Shown here: in pieces, positions 1-7,668 of the stretch | How the letters are laid out: each line of letters opens with the position of its first letter | How positions within the stretch are numbered: position 1 is the first letter of the stretch | Origin: an uncultured Sulfuricella sp. | GTDB taxonomy: Bacteria; Pseudomonadota; Gammaproteobacteria; Burkholderiales; Sulfuricellaceae | Assembly: GCA_964351305.1 (NCBI GenBank) | Contig: CAYGNO010000012.1 | Location: 1-26,214, forward strand | DNA length: 26,214 nt | Direction of reading: 5' to 3' | The notes under the pieces: model-generated | Database searches by the model: none | Seen by the model: only the letters and a program-made list of their open reading frames with translations | What the model was told of the DNA's origin: nothing | Translations under genes and position numbers: made by a program

Positions 1-74
1 GGTGACCTACTGGTCACGCGTGAACTGGGTGCCCGCAAGGAAAAAGAGGGTAGCCTCAGATTCAGGATGATGTA

Positions 75-803
75 ATGGCTGCTCCGCTGATCCGCGTCGA
101 AGGCCTGCACAAACAATACGAAATCAAGGGTGGCCGTGCTGTTCCGGTACTTCACGACGTGAATTTGAGTATCGTCCCCGGCGAATTCGTCGCCATCATG
201 GGCCCATCCGGTTCTGGCAAGTCCACCTTCATGAATATCCTCGGCTGCCTCGACACGCCCACCAGCGGGCATTATTTCCTGAATGGTCGGGATGTCGCAA
301 AGCTGAATCCGGATGAACTCGCTCATCTGCGCAATAGCCTGATTGGATTCGTGTTCCAGGGTTTTAACTTGTTAAAGCGCGTCACCGCGCTGGACAACGT
401 CGCGCTGCCGCTGCTTTACGCCGGCCTGGGGCAGGCTGAGCGGCGTGAACGCGCCCTGGAGGTCTTGCGTCAGACCGGGCTGGAAAATTTCCCCCTGTCG
501 CTACCGAACCAACTATCCGGCGGCCAACAGCAGCGCGTCGCCATCGCCCGTGCGTTGATCAACCGTCCGCCGCTGATCCTGGCCGATGAACCGACCGGCA
601 ACCTGGATACCCACACCAGCCAGGAGATCATGGAGGTATTCACCCGGCTCAACCGCGAACAGGGCATGACCGTCATCCTGGTGACACACGAACTGGATAT
701 CGCCCGCTACGCTCACCGGATGGTGCGTTTTGTGGATGGGCGGGTGGCGCATGATGGGAAAATCAGTTCATTTACCACGAATGACACGAATAGGCACGAA
801 TGA
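75..803 (+). CDS. ABC transporter ATP-binding subunit, MacB/LolD-like
   Basis: 242-aa ORF with Walker [13 protein letters not shown] signature [15 protein letters not shown], Walker [13 protein letters not shown] and H-loop VTHE. AGGA lies 7 nt upstream of the ATG. The last ~10 codons ([10 protein letters not shown]) and the stop codon are encoded by the left inverted repeat of the inserted cassette, so the native C-terminus is probably altered. Confidence 0.9.
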   Translation: MAAPLIRVEGLHKQYEIKGGRAVPVLHDVNLSIVPGEFVAIMGPSGSGKSTFMNILGCLDTPTSGHYFLNGRDVAKLNPDELAHLRNSLIGFVFQGFNLLKRVTALDNVALPLLYAGLGQAERRERALEVLRQTGLENFPLSLPNQLSGGQQQRVAIARALINRPPLILADEPTGNLDTHTSQEIMEVFTRLNREQGMTVILVTHELDIARYAHRMVRFVDGRVAHDGKISSFTTNDTNRHE

Positions 804-811
804 ACACGAAT
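771..811. repeat. Left terminal inverted repeat with four phased CACGAAT heptamers
   Basis: CACGAAT occurs at 776-782, 785-791, 795-801 and 805-811, spaced 9-10 bp apart. A degenerate fifth unit GACGAAA lies at 814-820. Confidence 0.85.
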
Positions 812-1183
812 CCGACGAAAATACTTCATCAGGAACTGGCTTACCAAATCGTGGGGTTGGCCATGCAGGTTCATACCAGGTTGGGAAATGGGTTCTTGGA
901 AAAAGTGTATGAGAATGCACTGATGGTGCTGCTTCACAAAGCAGGAATCGATGCAGTGCAGCAGGCTCCGATTACTGTATTGTTTGATGGTGAGTCCATC
1001 GGAACTTATTACGCGGATATTCTAGTCGAGAACAAGATTATTCTGGAACTTAAAACGGTAAGTGAAATATCTGATTCCCATAAAGCTCAGGCACTTAATT
1101 ATCTCAAGGCAACCGGCCTGAATTTGGCTATGGTTTTTAACTTTGCCAACCCTCGTATGGAATACCAGCGGATCATTCTATGA
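800..1183 (+). CDS. GxxExxY family protein (PD-(D/E)XK nuclease fold, PDDEXK_3-like)
   Basis: 127-aa ORF with the motif GFLEKVYENAL (G-x-x-E-x-x-Y) and a D...ELK core (YADILVENKIILELK). Its ATG at 800 overlaps the TGA of the upstream NBD gene (ATGA). The first residues, MNTN, are encoded by the heptamer array. Confidence 0.85.
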   Translation: MNTNPTKILHQELAYQIVGLAMQVHTRLGNGFLEKVYENALMVLLHKAGIDAVQQAPITVLFDGESIGTYYADILVENKIILELKTVSEISDSHKAQALNYLKATGLNLAMVFNFANPRMEYQRIIL

Positions 1184-1199
1184 TTCCCTCTTTTGTTGT

Positions 1200-1240
1200 A
1201 TTCGTGCAGATTCGTGAACATTCGTGTCATTCGTGGTTAA
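1200..1240. repeat. Right terminal inverted repeat with four phased ATTCGTG heptamers
   Basis: ATTCGTG occurs at 1200-1206, 1210-1216, 1220-1226 and 1229-1235, a mirror image of IR-L. All but one of the mismatches to IR-L fall in the 3-nt spacers between heptamers. Confidence 0.85.
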
Positions 1241-1250
1241 TCTTTCTGCC

Positions 1251-2474
1251 ATGAAAATTCTCGCCATCTTTGTCGAAGCTTGGCGCGCCATGGCAATGAA
1301 CGGCATGCGCACCGCCCTGACCATGCTCGGCATGGTGATCGGCGTGGCGGCAGTGGTGCTGATGCTCGCCGTCGGCCAAGGGGCGCAACATACCGTCAAC
1401 CAATCCATCGCCTCGATGGGCAGCAACCTGTTCATCGTCCTGTCCGGCGCCAGCACTTCCGGGGGGCTGCGCTTCGGCGCGGGCAGCGTGCCTACCCTGA
1501 CCGTCGGCGATGCGCAGGCGCTCGCTCAGATTCCATCGGTCAAGGCGGTTGCCCCGGTTTATCCGGGCAGCGCGCAGCTGGCCTATGGTTCGAGCAACTG
1601 GAGTACGGTTGTAACTGGCTCCACCCCTGATTATCTGACTGTACGCAACTGGCCCTTGGACTCCGGCCACCCCTTTGAGGAAAGCGATGTGCGCGGCGCG
1701 ACCAGGGTCGTCCTGCTCGGCCAGACGGTGGCGAAAAATCTGTTTGGCGAGGAAGACCCTACCGGCAAGAGCATCCGCATCAAGAACATGCCATTTCTTG
1801 TCGTCGGCCTGCTGTCGGCCAAGGGGCAGAGCCTGGATGGGCGCGACCAGGACGACACTGCCGTGGTGCCGGTTACTACTGCCCAGCGCAAGCTCTTCGG
1901 CAACCAGTTCCCCGGTACGGTGCGCTATATCTCGGTACAGGGAAAATCCGCCGAAGTGATGGAGGAGGCGGAACGGGAAATGGGCCAGTTGCTGCGTCAG
2001 CGCCACCGCCTGGCCGAGGGAGCGGAGAATGACTTCATGATCCGCAACCTGACCTCGGTGGCACAGTCCGCGGCCGGATCGGCGCAGGCCATGTCCCTGA
2101 TGCTCGGCGCAATCGCCTCCGTTTCCCTGCTGGTGGGCGGCATCGGCATCATGAACATCATGCTGGTATCGGTCACCGAACGCACCCGGGAAATCGGCAT
2201 CCGCATGGCGATCGGCGCGCGCCGCCGCGACATCCTGTTACAATTTCTGCTGGAAGCGCTGATTATCTGCATAGTCGGCGGGTTGGTTGGAGTGCTCCTT
2301 GGCGTGGGCGGCGCCTGGCTGGTCAGTTCGATGGCGGAAATGGCCGTGGTGGTCACAGTGTGGTCGATCCTGCTGTCGTTTGCCTTTTCTGCCGCGATCG
2401 GTGTGTTTTTCGGTTATTACCCGGCACGGCGCGCGGCAATGCTCAAGCCAGTGGAGGCGTTGCGGTATGAGTGA
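1251..2474 (+). CDS. ABC transporter permease, MacB/FtsX family
   Basis: The N-terminus MKILAIFVEAWRAMAMNGMRTALTMLGMVIGVAAVV is typical of MacB-type permease TM1. It is followed by a large periplasmic domain and a C-terminal FtsX-like 3-TM bundle (REIGIRMAIGARRRDIL). I prefer the ATG at 1251 over the track's GTG at 1224, which lies inside IR-R. Confidence 0.85.
   Translation: MKILAIFVEAWRAMAMNGMRTALTMLGMVIGVAAVVLMLAVGQGAQHTVNQSIASMGSNLFIVLSGASTSGGLRFGAGSVPTLTVGDAQALAQIPSVKAVAPVYPGSAQLAYGSSNWSTVVTGSTPDYLTVRNWPLDSGHPFEESDVRGATRVVLLGQTVAKNLFGEEDPTGKSIRIKNMPFLVVGLLSAKGQSLDGRDQDDTAVVPVTTAQRKLFGNQFPGTVRYISVQGKSAEVMEEAEREMGQLLRQRHRLAEGAENDFMIRNLTSVAQSAAGSAQAMSLMLGAIASVSLLVGGIGIMNIMLVSVTERTREIGIRMAIGARRRDILLQFLLEALIICIVGGLVGVLLGVGGAWLVSSMAEMAVVVTVWSILLSFAFSAAIGVFFGYYPARRAAMLKPVEALRYE
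2420..2470. repeat. Direct repeat copy 1 (51 bp) at the left boundary of the relBE cassette
   Basis: cccggcacggcgcgcggcaatgctcaagccAgtggaggcgttgCggtatga matches 3059-3109 at 49/51 positions. This copy encodes the real C-terminus of the permease. Confidence 0.9.
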
Positions 2475-2502
2475 GAATGCGCGAAAGGTCGCAATTCGTG
2501 CA

Positions 2503-2538
2503 TTGACATTCCCATACATGGAGATATACTTGTATATC
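2503..2538 (+). promoter_or_regulatory. Sigma70-type promoter plus palindromic operator for the relBE-type module
   Basis: TTGACA (2503-2508), a 16-nt spacer, then TATACT (2525-2530). A perfect palindrome GATATAC-tt-GTATATC (2523-2538) overlaps the -10. The antitoxin ATG at 2544 would leave only a ~6-nt leader, so the mRNA is near-leaderless. Confidence 0.6.
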
Positions 2539-2543
2539 ATTTA

Positions 2544-2783
2544 ATGGGGTATCTGCCTGTGCTTGCCATTCGCCTGCCTGAAGAAATCGAATCCCGTCTT
2601 GAAGCGCTTGCCCGTCTCACCGGGCGCACCAAAACCTTCTACGCCCGCGAGGCCATCCTTGAGCACCTTGACGATCTGGAGGATATTTATCTGGCCGAGA
2701 AACGTCTTGAAGATATCCGTACCGGTCGGGAAAAAACCATCCCGCTTGAGGACGTGATGAAGCGCCATGGCCTGGAGGGTTGA
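2544..2783 (+). CDS. Type II antitoxin, ribbon-helix-helix (RelB/ParD-like)
   Basis: 79-aa ORF. The N-terminal IRLPEEIESRLEALARLTGRTKTFYAREAI fits an RHH fold. It overlaps the downstream toxin gene by 17 nt. Confidence 0.8.
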   Translation: MGYLPVLAIRLPEEIESRLEALARLTGRTKTFYAREAILEHLDDLEDIYLAEKRLEDIRTGREKTIPLEDVMKRHGLEG

Positions 2784-3036
2784 GTTTTCTCCCGCCGCCG
2801 ATAGGGAACTCGACAAGCTCGACCCGCAACACGCCAAAAGGGTGCTTAAGTTCCTGTTTGAACGCGTTGCCGCACTTGATGATCCGCGCAGCATTGGTGA
2901 AGCGTTGAAGGGATCGAGCCTTGGCGCCTTCTGGAAATATCGCGTGGGGGATTACCGAATTGTCTGTGCCATCGAGGACGATGCCTTGCGAGTCCTCGTT
3001 GTGCGGGTGGGCAATCGGCGGGAGGTGTATCGGTAA
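2767..3036 (+). CDS. Type II toxin, RelE/ParE superfamily
   Basis: 89-aa ORF. WKYRVGDYRIVCAIEDDALRVLVVRVGNRREVYR is a typical RelE/StbE-type C-terminus. The gene is paired with the upstream RHH antitoxin. Confidence 0.85.
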   Translation: MAWRVEFSPAADRELDKLDPQHAKRVLKFLFERVAALDDPRSIGEALKGSSLGAFWKYRVGDYRIVCAIEDDALRVLVVRVGNRREVYR

Positions 3037-3058
3037 GTTTCCGGTTGAGGGCCTGTGC

Positions 3059-3109
3059 CCCGGCACGGCGCGCGGCAATGCTCAAGCCGGTGGAGGCGTT
3101 GTGGTATGA
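3059..3109. repeat. Direct repeat copy 2 (51 bp) at the right boundary of the relBE cassette
   Basis: A duplicate of the permease 3' end, matching 2420-2470 at 49/51 positions. It contains the cysC start codon (3106). Confidence 0.9.
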
Positions 3110-3720
3110 ATAATAAAAGCTCCGATACTGTTTGGCACCATGCCACGGTAACGCGTGCTCGCAGAGAACGGCTCAACGGCCACAAAAGTGCGATTGTCTG
3201 GTTTACCGGGCTTTCCGGTGCCGGCAAGTCGACATTGGCGCACGCGGTTGAAGAGAGATTGCACCAGATGGGTTGCAGCACCTTTGTTTTCGACGGCGAC
3301 AATGTTCGCCATGGGCTGTGTGGTGACTTGGGGTTTTCCGAGGGAGACCGCAGTGAAAATATCCGCCGCATCGGTGAAATGGCCAAGCTGTTTGTCGAAG
3401 CCGGCGTGATTGCGCTGACCGCCTTCATCTCACCATTCCGCGCGGATCGTCTCAAGGTTCGCAATCTGGCGGCCCCAGGCGATTTCATCGAAGTCTATTG
3501 CCGCTGTTCGCTGGAAGTTTGTGAACAACGCGACGTGAAAGGGATGTACCGCAGGGCTCGCGCCGGCGAAATCCGCGATTTCACCGGAATCTCCTCCCCC
3601 TATGAAGAACCGGAAAATCCGGAGCTGTCCGTCGACACCGGGAGCATGCCGCTGGAGCTATGCGTGGATCAGGTTGTCGGTTACCTGCAGGAGCGCGGTG
3701 TGATTCCAAAACCGCAATGA
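3106..3720 (+). CDS. cysC: Adenylyl-sulfate (APS) kinase
   Basis: P-loop [13 protein letters not shown], followed by DGDNVRHGL and FISPFRADR motifs. The start is set at the ATG at 3106 ([12 protein letters not shown]). The track's upstream extension from 3055 is the duplicated permease tail read in another frame. Confidence 0.9.
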   Translation: MNNKSSDTVWHHATVTRARRERLNGHKSAIVWFTGLSGAGKSTLAHAVEERLHQMGCSTFVFDGDNVRHGLCGDLGFSEGDRSENIRRIGEMAKLFVEAGVIALTAFISPFRADRLKVRNLAAPGDFIEVYCRCSLEVCEQRDVKGMYRRARAGEIRDFTGISSPYEEPENPELSVDTGSMPLELCVDQVVGYLQERGVIPKPQ

Positions 3721-3984
3721 GCAATATGGTTTTCAATCCCCTGCGCATCGTTGCCGATATCTGGGGCCACCGCCAACTGCTTGGTCCTATAGGTTCGGTT
3801 ATCGAAACCTGCCGGGCGCCAGCCCTCGACCACTTCGGTGACCGGATCATGCCGTTCCTGATCCTCGGCCTCAAGTGCTACTGCCGGGAATTCGTTGTGT
3901 TGAAAAAGCTCTCCTTTGACTCAGGAAAGACGAACCCGTTGGTATCATTGGCCTTCTCAAGCAGATTTAGGCGAATAGTCTGAC

Positions 3985-4785
3985 ATGATTAGGGCCGCCT
4001 CTCTCAAAGCAGTCTGGAACTTCCGTGGCTTTGTCTTCGGCAGCGTCCGCCGCGATTATCAATTGCGCTACCGGGGCGCCATGCTGGGCATTGCCTGGAC
4101 GGTGTTGCAACCGCTAGCGATGATCCTCATCTACACGGTCGTTTTCTCCCAAGTGATGAAGGCCAGGCTACCTGGCGTGGAAAATAACTTCGCTTACAGC
4201 ATCCATCTTTGCGCCGGCATCATCACTTGGGGCCTGTTTGCCGAGATCATCCAGCGGAGCCAGTCGGTCTTTCTCGATAACGCCAATCTGCTCAAGAAGC
4301 TCAGCTTTCCACGCCCCACCTTACCGGTCATCGTGGTTTTTACTGCGCTACTCAACTTTTCCATTATTTTTGGGCTTTTCCTGTGTTTCCTGCTGCTTAC
4401 TAGCAATTTCCACGGCCTGACCATCCTTGCCATGATTCCCCTGCTTGCCGTGCAAGTGCTGTTTGCCGTGGGGCTGGGGGTCACGCTTGGGGTGCTCAAT
4501 GTTTTTTTTCGCGATGTTGGCCAGCTTTCCGGGTTGCTGCTTCAGTTCTGGTTCTGGGCCACGCCCATCGTCTATCCCGCCTCCATCCTGCCCGAATGGT
4601 TGCGGCCCTGGATGAATCTGAACCCCATGTATCACCTCATGCAGGGGTACCAGAACATTTTCGTGGCAAACCAATGGCCCGATTGGCAAAACCTGGCCCT
4701 ACTGGCGCTCTTTTCTATCGGGCTTGCTATGTATGCCATCAACCTTTACCGCCGCCATGCCGGTGAAATTGTGGATGAACTTTGA
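3985..4785 (+). CDS. wzm: ABC-2 type polysaccharide/O-antigen export permease
   Basis: 266 aa with about six predicted TM helices. The N-terminus FGSVRRDYQLRYRGAMLGIAWTVLQP is the usual Wzm/KpsM-type signature. The stop overlaps the start of the next gene. Confidence 0.85.
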   Translation: MIRAASLKAVWNFRGFVFGSVRRDYQLRYRGAMLGIAWTVLQPLAMILIYTVVFSQVMKARLPGVENNFAYSIHLCAGIITWGLFAEIIQRSQSVFLDNANLLKKLSFPRPTLPVIVVFTALLNFSIIFGLFLCFLLLTSNFHGLTILAMIPLLAVQVLFAVGLGVTLGVLNVFFRDVGQLSGLLLQFWFWATPIVYPASILPEWLRPWMNLNPMYHLMQGYQNIFVANQWPDWQNLALLALFSIGLAMYAINLYRRHAGEIVDEL

Positions 4786-6089
4786 TGGGCTCCATATCCG
4801 TCTCCAACCTTGGCAAGGCTTATAAAGTCTATCCCACCCGCTTTGCCCGGCTGAAGGAATGGCTCATTCCATTCTCAAAACCGCGTCATTCCCTCAAATG
4901 GGTGCTGCAAGATATCAATTTTACCGTCAATCCCGGCGAGGCCGTCGGCATCATCGGCGTGAATGGCGCCGGCAAGAGCACCTTGCTCAAGATCATTACC
5001 GGCACCACTCAGTCCACCACGGGCAGCATCCACATCACTGGTCGGATCGCCGCCTTGCTTGAACTGGGCATGGGTTTTCATCCAGACTTCACTGGCCGGC
5101 AGAACGCTTTCATGGCCGGGCAACTACTGGGTTACAGCGTCGAAGAAATTGCCCGCCTCATGCCCGAGATTGAGGCCTTCGCTGAAATTGGCGATTACAT
5201 CGACCAACCTGTGCGGGTGTATTCGAGCGGTATGCAGGTGCGACTGGCATTCAGCGTAGCAACCATGGTACGGCCAGATATTCTCATCGTGGATGAGGCG
5301 CTGTCGGTAGGGGATGCCTTTTTCCAAGCCAAGTGCTATCAGCGAATCGCGCTATTTAAAGAGCAGGGCACCACGCTGATTCTCGTTTCCCACAGTGTTG
5401 GCGACATCGTTAAACACTGTGAACGCGTCATCCTGTTGAAAGAAGGGCGAGTGGCGGTGGACGGCTCATCGCAAACCGTAACCAATCATTATCTCGACGA
5501 GCTCTTTGGTAAGCGTCCTCAAGAAAATGTTCAGGAAGAGGGTAAGGTTGAAGCCGATGTATTAGGGCTAATGCAGACGCAGTCCGACGTGTTTCATACC
5601 CGCCCAGGTTACCGAAAAGAGGAATATCGCTGGGGACATGGTGGCGCGTCGATACTCGACTACCTCATTGTTTCTGGTGGAGATCGTTACCCTTCGAGTA
5701 TCGAAGGAAATGCTGCAACAGATTTTTATATAAAAGCCAGGTTTGATCGCGACTTCGACAGCATTGTGCCCGGCCTCTTGGTTAAAACGCTTGAAGGCAT
5801 TTTTTTGTATGGTACGAATTCTTTTGTTTCTAGCGTAGGTCGGGTGACTATCTCTGCCACAACGGGAGACATTAAAATTTTTAAATTTTCACTCCCTATG
5901 GCATTGAATGAGGGCCATTACCTGGTTTCATTCGGTGTTTCTTCCGGGAATCCATCGCACGAACTTATTCCGTTAGACCGAAGATACGATTCAGTGATTG
6001 TCCATGTTGGACGTGGCATGCAATTTTGGGGCATCGTTGACCTAGGTGCCGCGTTCCAAGTTTGTGATCACGCATTGGCCGGAAATTGA
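4785..6089 (+). CDS. wzt: Polysaccharide/O-antigen export ABC ATP-binding protein with a C-terminal extension (Wzt-type, putative glycan-cap binding domain)
   Basis: NBD motifs GVNGAGKST, YSSGMQVRLAFS, ILIVDEALSVGD and LVSHS lie in the first ~245 aa. A further ~185 aa (YRKEEYRWGHGGASILDY...) are placed like the Wzt C-terminal carbohydrate-binding domain. The ATG at 4785 is preferred over the TTG at 4782. Confidence 0.85.
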   Translation: MGSISVSNLGKAYKVYPTRFARLKEWLIPFSKPRHSLKWVLQDINFTVNPGEAVGIIGVNGAGKSTLLKIITGTTQSTTGSIHITGRIAALLELGMGFHPDFTGRQNAFMAGQLLGYSVEEIARLMPEIEAFAEIGDYIDQPVRVYSSGMQVRLAFSVATMVRPDILIVDEALSVGDAFFQAKCYQRIALFKEQGTTLILVSHSVGDIVKHCERVILLKEGRVAVDGSSQTVTNHYLDELFGKRPQENVQEEGKVEADVLGLMQTQSDVFHTRPGYRKEEYRWGHGGASILDYLIVSGGDRYPSSIEGNAATDFYIKARFDRDFDSIVPGLLVKTLEGIFLYGTNSFVSSVGRVTISATTGDIKIFKFSLPMALNEGHYLVSFGVSSGNPSHELIPLDRRYDSVIVHVGRGMQFWGIVDLGAAFQVCDHALAGN

Positions 6090-6093
6090 TGTG

Positions 6094-7668
6094 ATGGATT
6101 TTACGCTCTCTCAACTGATTACCGATTTGCCGGAAATTTACCAGCCTGTTTATGGTCATCCCGAGTTGTCGACCAATATTTCTCGCCAATGCACGGATCG
6201 CCTGGAAAAGATAGCACAGGTACATGACGCATTGCAGGGTTTGCTAGGACGATCATTGCGCGTTCTGGATCTTGGCTGTGCCCAAGGCTTTTTTAGTCTG
6301 AGTCTGGCTGCGCGTGGCGCGATCGTGCACGGTGTGGATTTTCTCGATAAGAATATTGCCGCTTGTAAAGTTCTAGCGGCAGAAAACCCGAGTTTAAAAG
6401 CGAGCTTCGAAATTGCTCGTGTAGAAAACGTAATTAACCAGCTTGAAGCAGACCAGTATGATCTCGTATTAGGCCTTAGTGTGTTTCACCATCTTGTTCA
6501 TCAACATGGTACGGCCAAGGTGGGGGAGTTGCTCGATCGCGTTGCTGCATGCTCAGGGGCTCTGGTTGTCGAGTTTGCCCTGCGCGATGAGCCGCTGTAC
6601 TGGGCGGCGGCACAGCCACAGGATCCGCGAAGTCTACTAGCAGGATGCGCTTTTGTGCACGAACTGGCCCGTCACAATACGCACCTTGCGCCGATACCTC
6701 GGCCCCTTTATGTCGCCAGTAATCGATACTGGGTGCTGAATGGCCTGGCCGGTAATTTCGATTCGTGGACAACCGAGCCACACGCACTTGCTCAAGGAAC
6801 GCATGAAGGAACCCGGCGCTATTACTTCAGCGCTGAGTATGTCGTGAAGTTATTCCGGTTTGACCGCCAGTATGGCTCTCGAAATAGAGATGAGTTATTG
6901 GGAGAAGTAATCTTTCTTGCCAACCCACCGGCAGGTTTTCCAGCACCCACTTGCCTGACATCGGGCACAAACGATACCGAAGGCTGGCTGGTCGTTCGGC
7001 GGATGCCCGGAAAATTGTTGCTGGACGTGATGCGGGAACGCACGGAAATTGATCATGCCGCCATCTTGCGCGCAGTCCTTGAACAACTTTCTGTTCTGGA
7101 AGCGGCAGGGTTTTACCATGATGACGTCAGAACTTGGAATGTGCTTCTGGATGAAGACGGTATCGCCTTCCTGATCGACTATGGTTCGATCTCGCCCAAG
7201 GCGCAAGACTGTGCCTGGCCAGAAAATCTCTTCCTTGCTTTCTTTATCTTCGTTCGCGAACTTACCACCGGAATTGTTGAACATCCCGACCCGCTACGCA
7301 CAGTTTCCATTAGTCCATACAATCTGCCCCAGCCCTATCGTGCATGGGCTGCATCTCTGTGGAAGCGCCCCCTGCAGGAATGGAGCTTCAAGTTGATGCG
7401 TGACTTGCTTGATATGCTTTCTGATATTGACCAATGTGAGGAACTGGATCGCCCGCAAGATGCCTGGACCAAGGCGATCGAAAACGCAATACTTATTCAA
7501 AGCCAAGCGATTCGCCATCAAAAGCAGTTGTTCATCCAGGCCGAAGCCCGCGCCACCCAGGCCGAAGCCCGGTTAGCTGACTTGCTGAATAGTAAGACTT
7601 GGCGCTTAACTGCCCCCCTACGCTGGGCAATCAGACAGTTCCGTGCATTACAAAGCAAGCTGCGATGA
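6094..7668 (+). CDS. WbdD-like bifunctional SAM-methyltransferase / kinase-fold protein with a C-terminal coiled coil (putative glycan chain terminator)
   Basis: SAM motif I VLDLGCAQGFFSLSLA is N-terminal. The central kinase-fold catalytic loop is YHDDVRTWN (HxDxxxxN) plus IDYG (DFG-like). The C-terminus QAEARATQAEARLADLL is coiled-coil-like and is followed by SKTWRLTAPLRW. The start is set at the ATG at 6094, just after the wzt stop. Confidence 0.7.
   Translation: MDFTLSQLITDLPEIYQPVYGHPELSTNISRQCTDRLEKIAQVHDALQGLLGRSLRVLDLGCAQGFFSLSLAARGAIVHGVDFLDKNIAACKVLAAENPSLKASFEIARVENVINQLEADQYDLVLGLSVFHHLVHQHGTAKVGELLDRVAACSGALVVEFALRDEPLYWAAAQPQDPRSLLAGCAFVHELARHNTHLAPIPRPLYVASNRYWVLNGLAGNFDSWTTEPHALAQGTHEGTRRYYFSAEYVVKLFRFDRQYGSRNRDELLGEVIFLANPPAGFPAPTCLTSGTNDTEGWLVVRRMPGKLLLDVMRERTEIDHAAILRAVLEQLSVLEAAGFYHDDVRTWNVLLDEDGIAFLIDYGSISPKAQDCAWPENLFLAFFIFVRELTTGIVEHPDPLRTVSISPYNLPQPYRAWAASLWKRPLQEWSFKLMRDLLDMLSDIDQCEELDRPQDAWTKAIENAILIQSQAIRHQKQLFIQAEARATQAEARLADLLNSKTWRLTAPLRWAIRQFRALQSKLR

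Larger units (their letters stand above)
771..1240 (+). mobile_element. Compact inserted cassette: GxxExxY gene bounded by 41-bp imperfect terminal inverted repeats
   Basis: IR-L 771-811 and the reverse complement of IR-R 1200-1240 match at 34/41 positions. The unit sits exactly between the NBD and permease genes of one ABC exporter. No transposase or integrase is present inside it. Confidence 0.6.

Noticed and set aside
771-1240. Whether the CACGAAT arrays could be a miniature CRISPR or other spacer-repeat array.
   Set aside because: The units are 7 bp on a 9-10-bp period with 2-3-nt spacers. They occur as two inverted sets of four around a gene. No CRISPR-sized repeats or spacers, leader or cas genes are present.
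1227-2006. Long antisense or overlapping ORFs inside well-supported genes. Examples: 1227-2006(-), 10972-11667(-), 13612-14175(+), 13695-14168(-), 17683-18144(-), 23938-24474(+), 24625-25173(+), 25270-25887(+).
   Set aside because: These are shadow ORFs typical of GC-rich coding DNA. The translations are Arg/Pro/Gly/Ala-rich and low-complexity, have no motifs, and fully overlap genes with clear family signatures.
3055-3105. The N-terminal extension of the cysC ORF offered by the track ([17 protein letters not shown]...).
   Set aside because: This segment is the duplicated permease 3' end read out of frame. The same peptide appears in the spurious ORF 2287-2544. APS kinase homology starts after the ATG at 3106.
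6046-6093. Upstream alternative starts given by the track for the WbdD-like gene (6046), the 99-aa ORF (7599), gmd (13058), the permease (1224) and the GT4 (18623).
   Set aside because: Each extension overlaps the preceding gene or a repeat and adds residues with no homology-like character. Internal ATG/GTG codons placed at gene junctions, or with an RBS, are more plausible.
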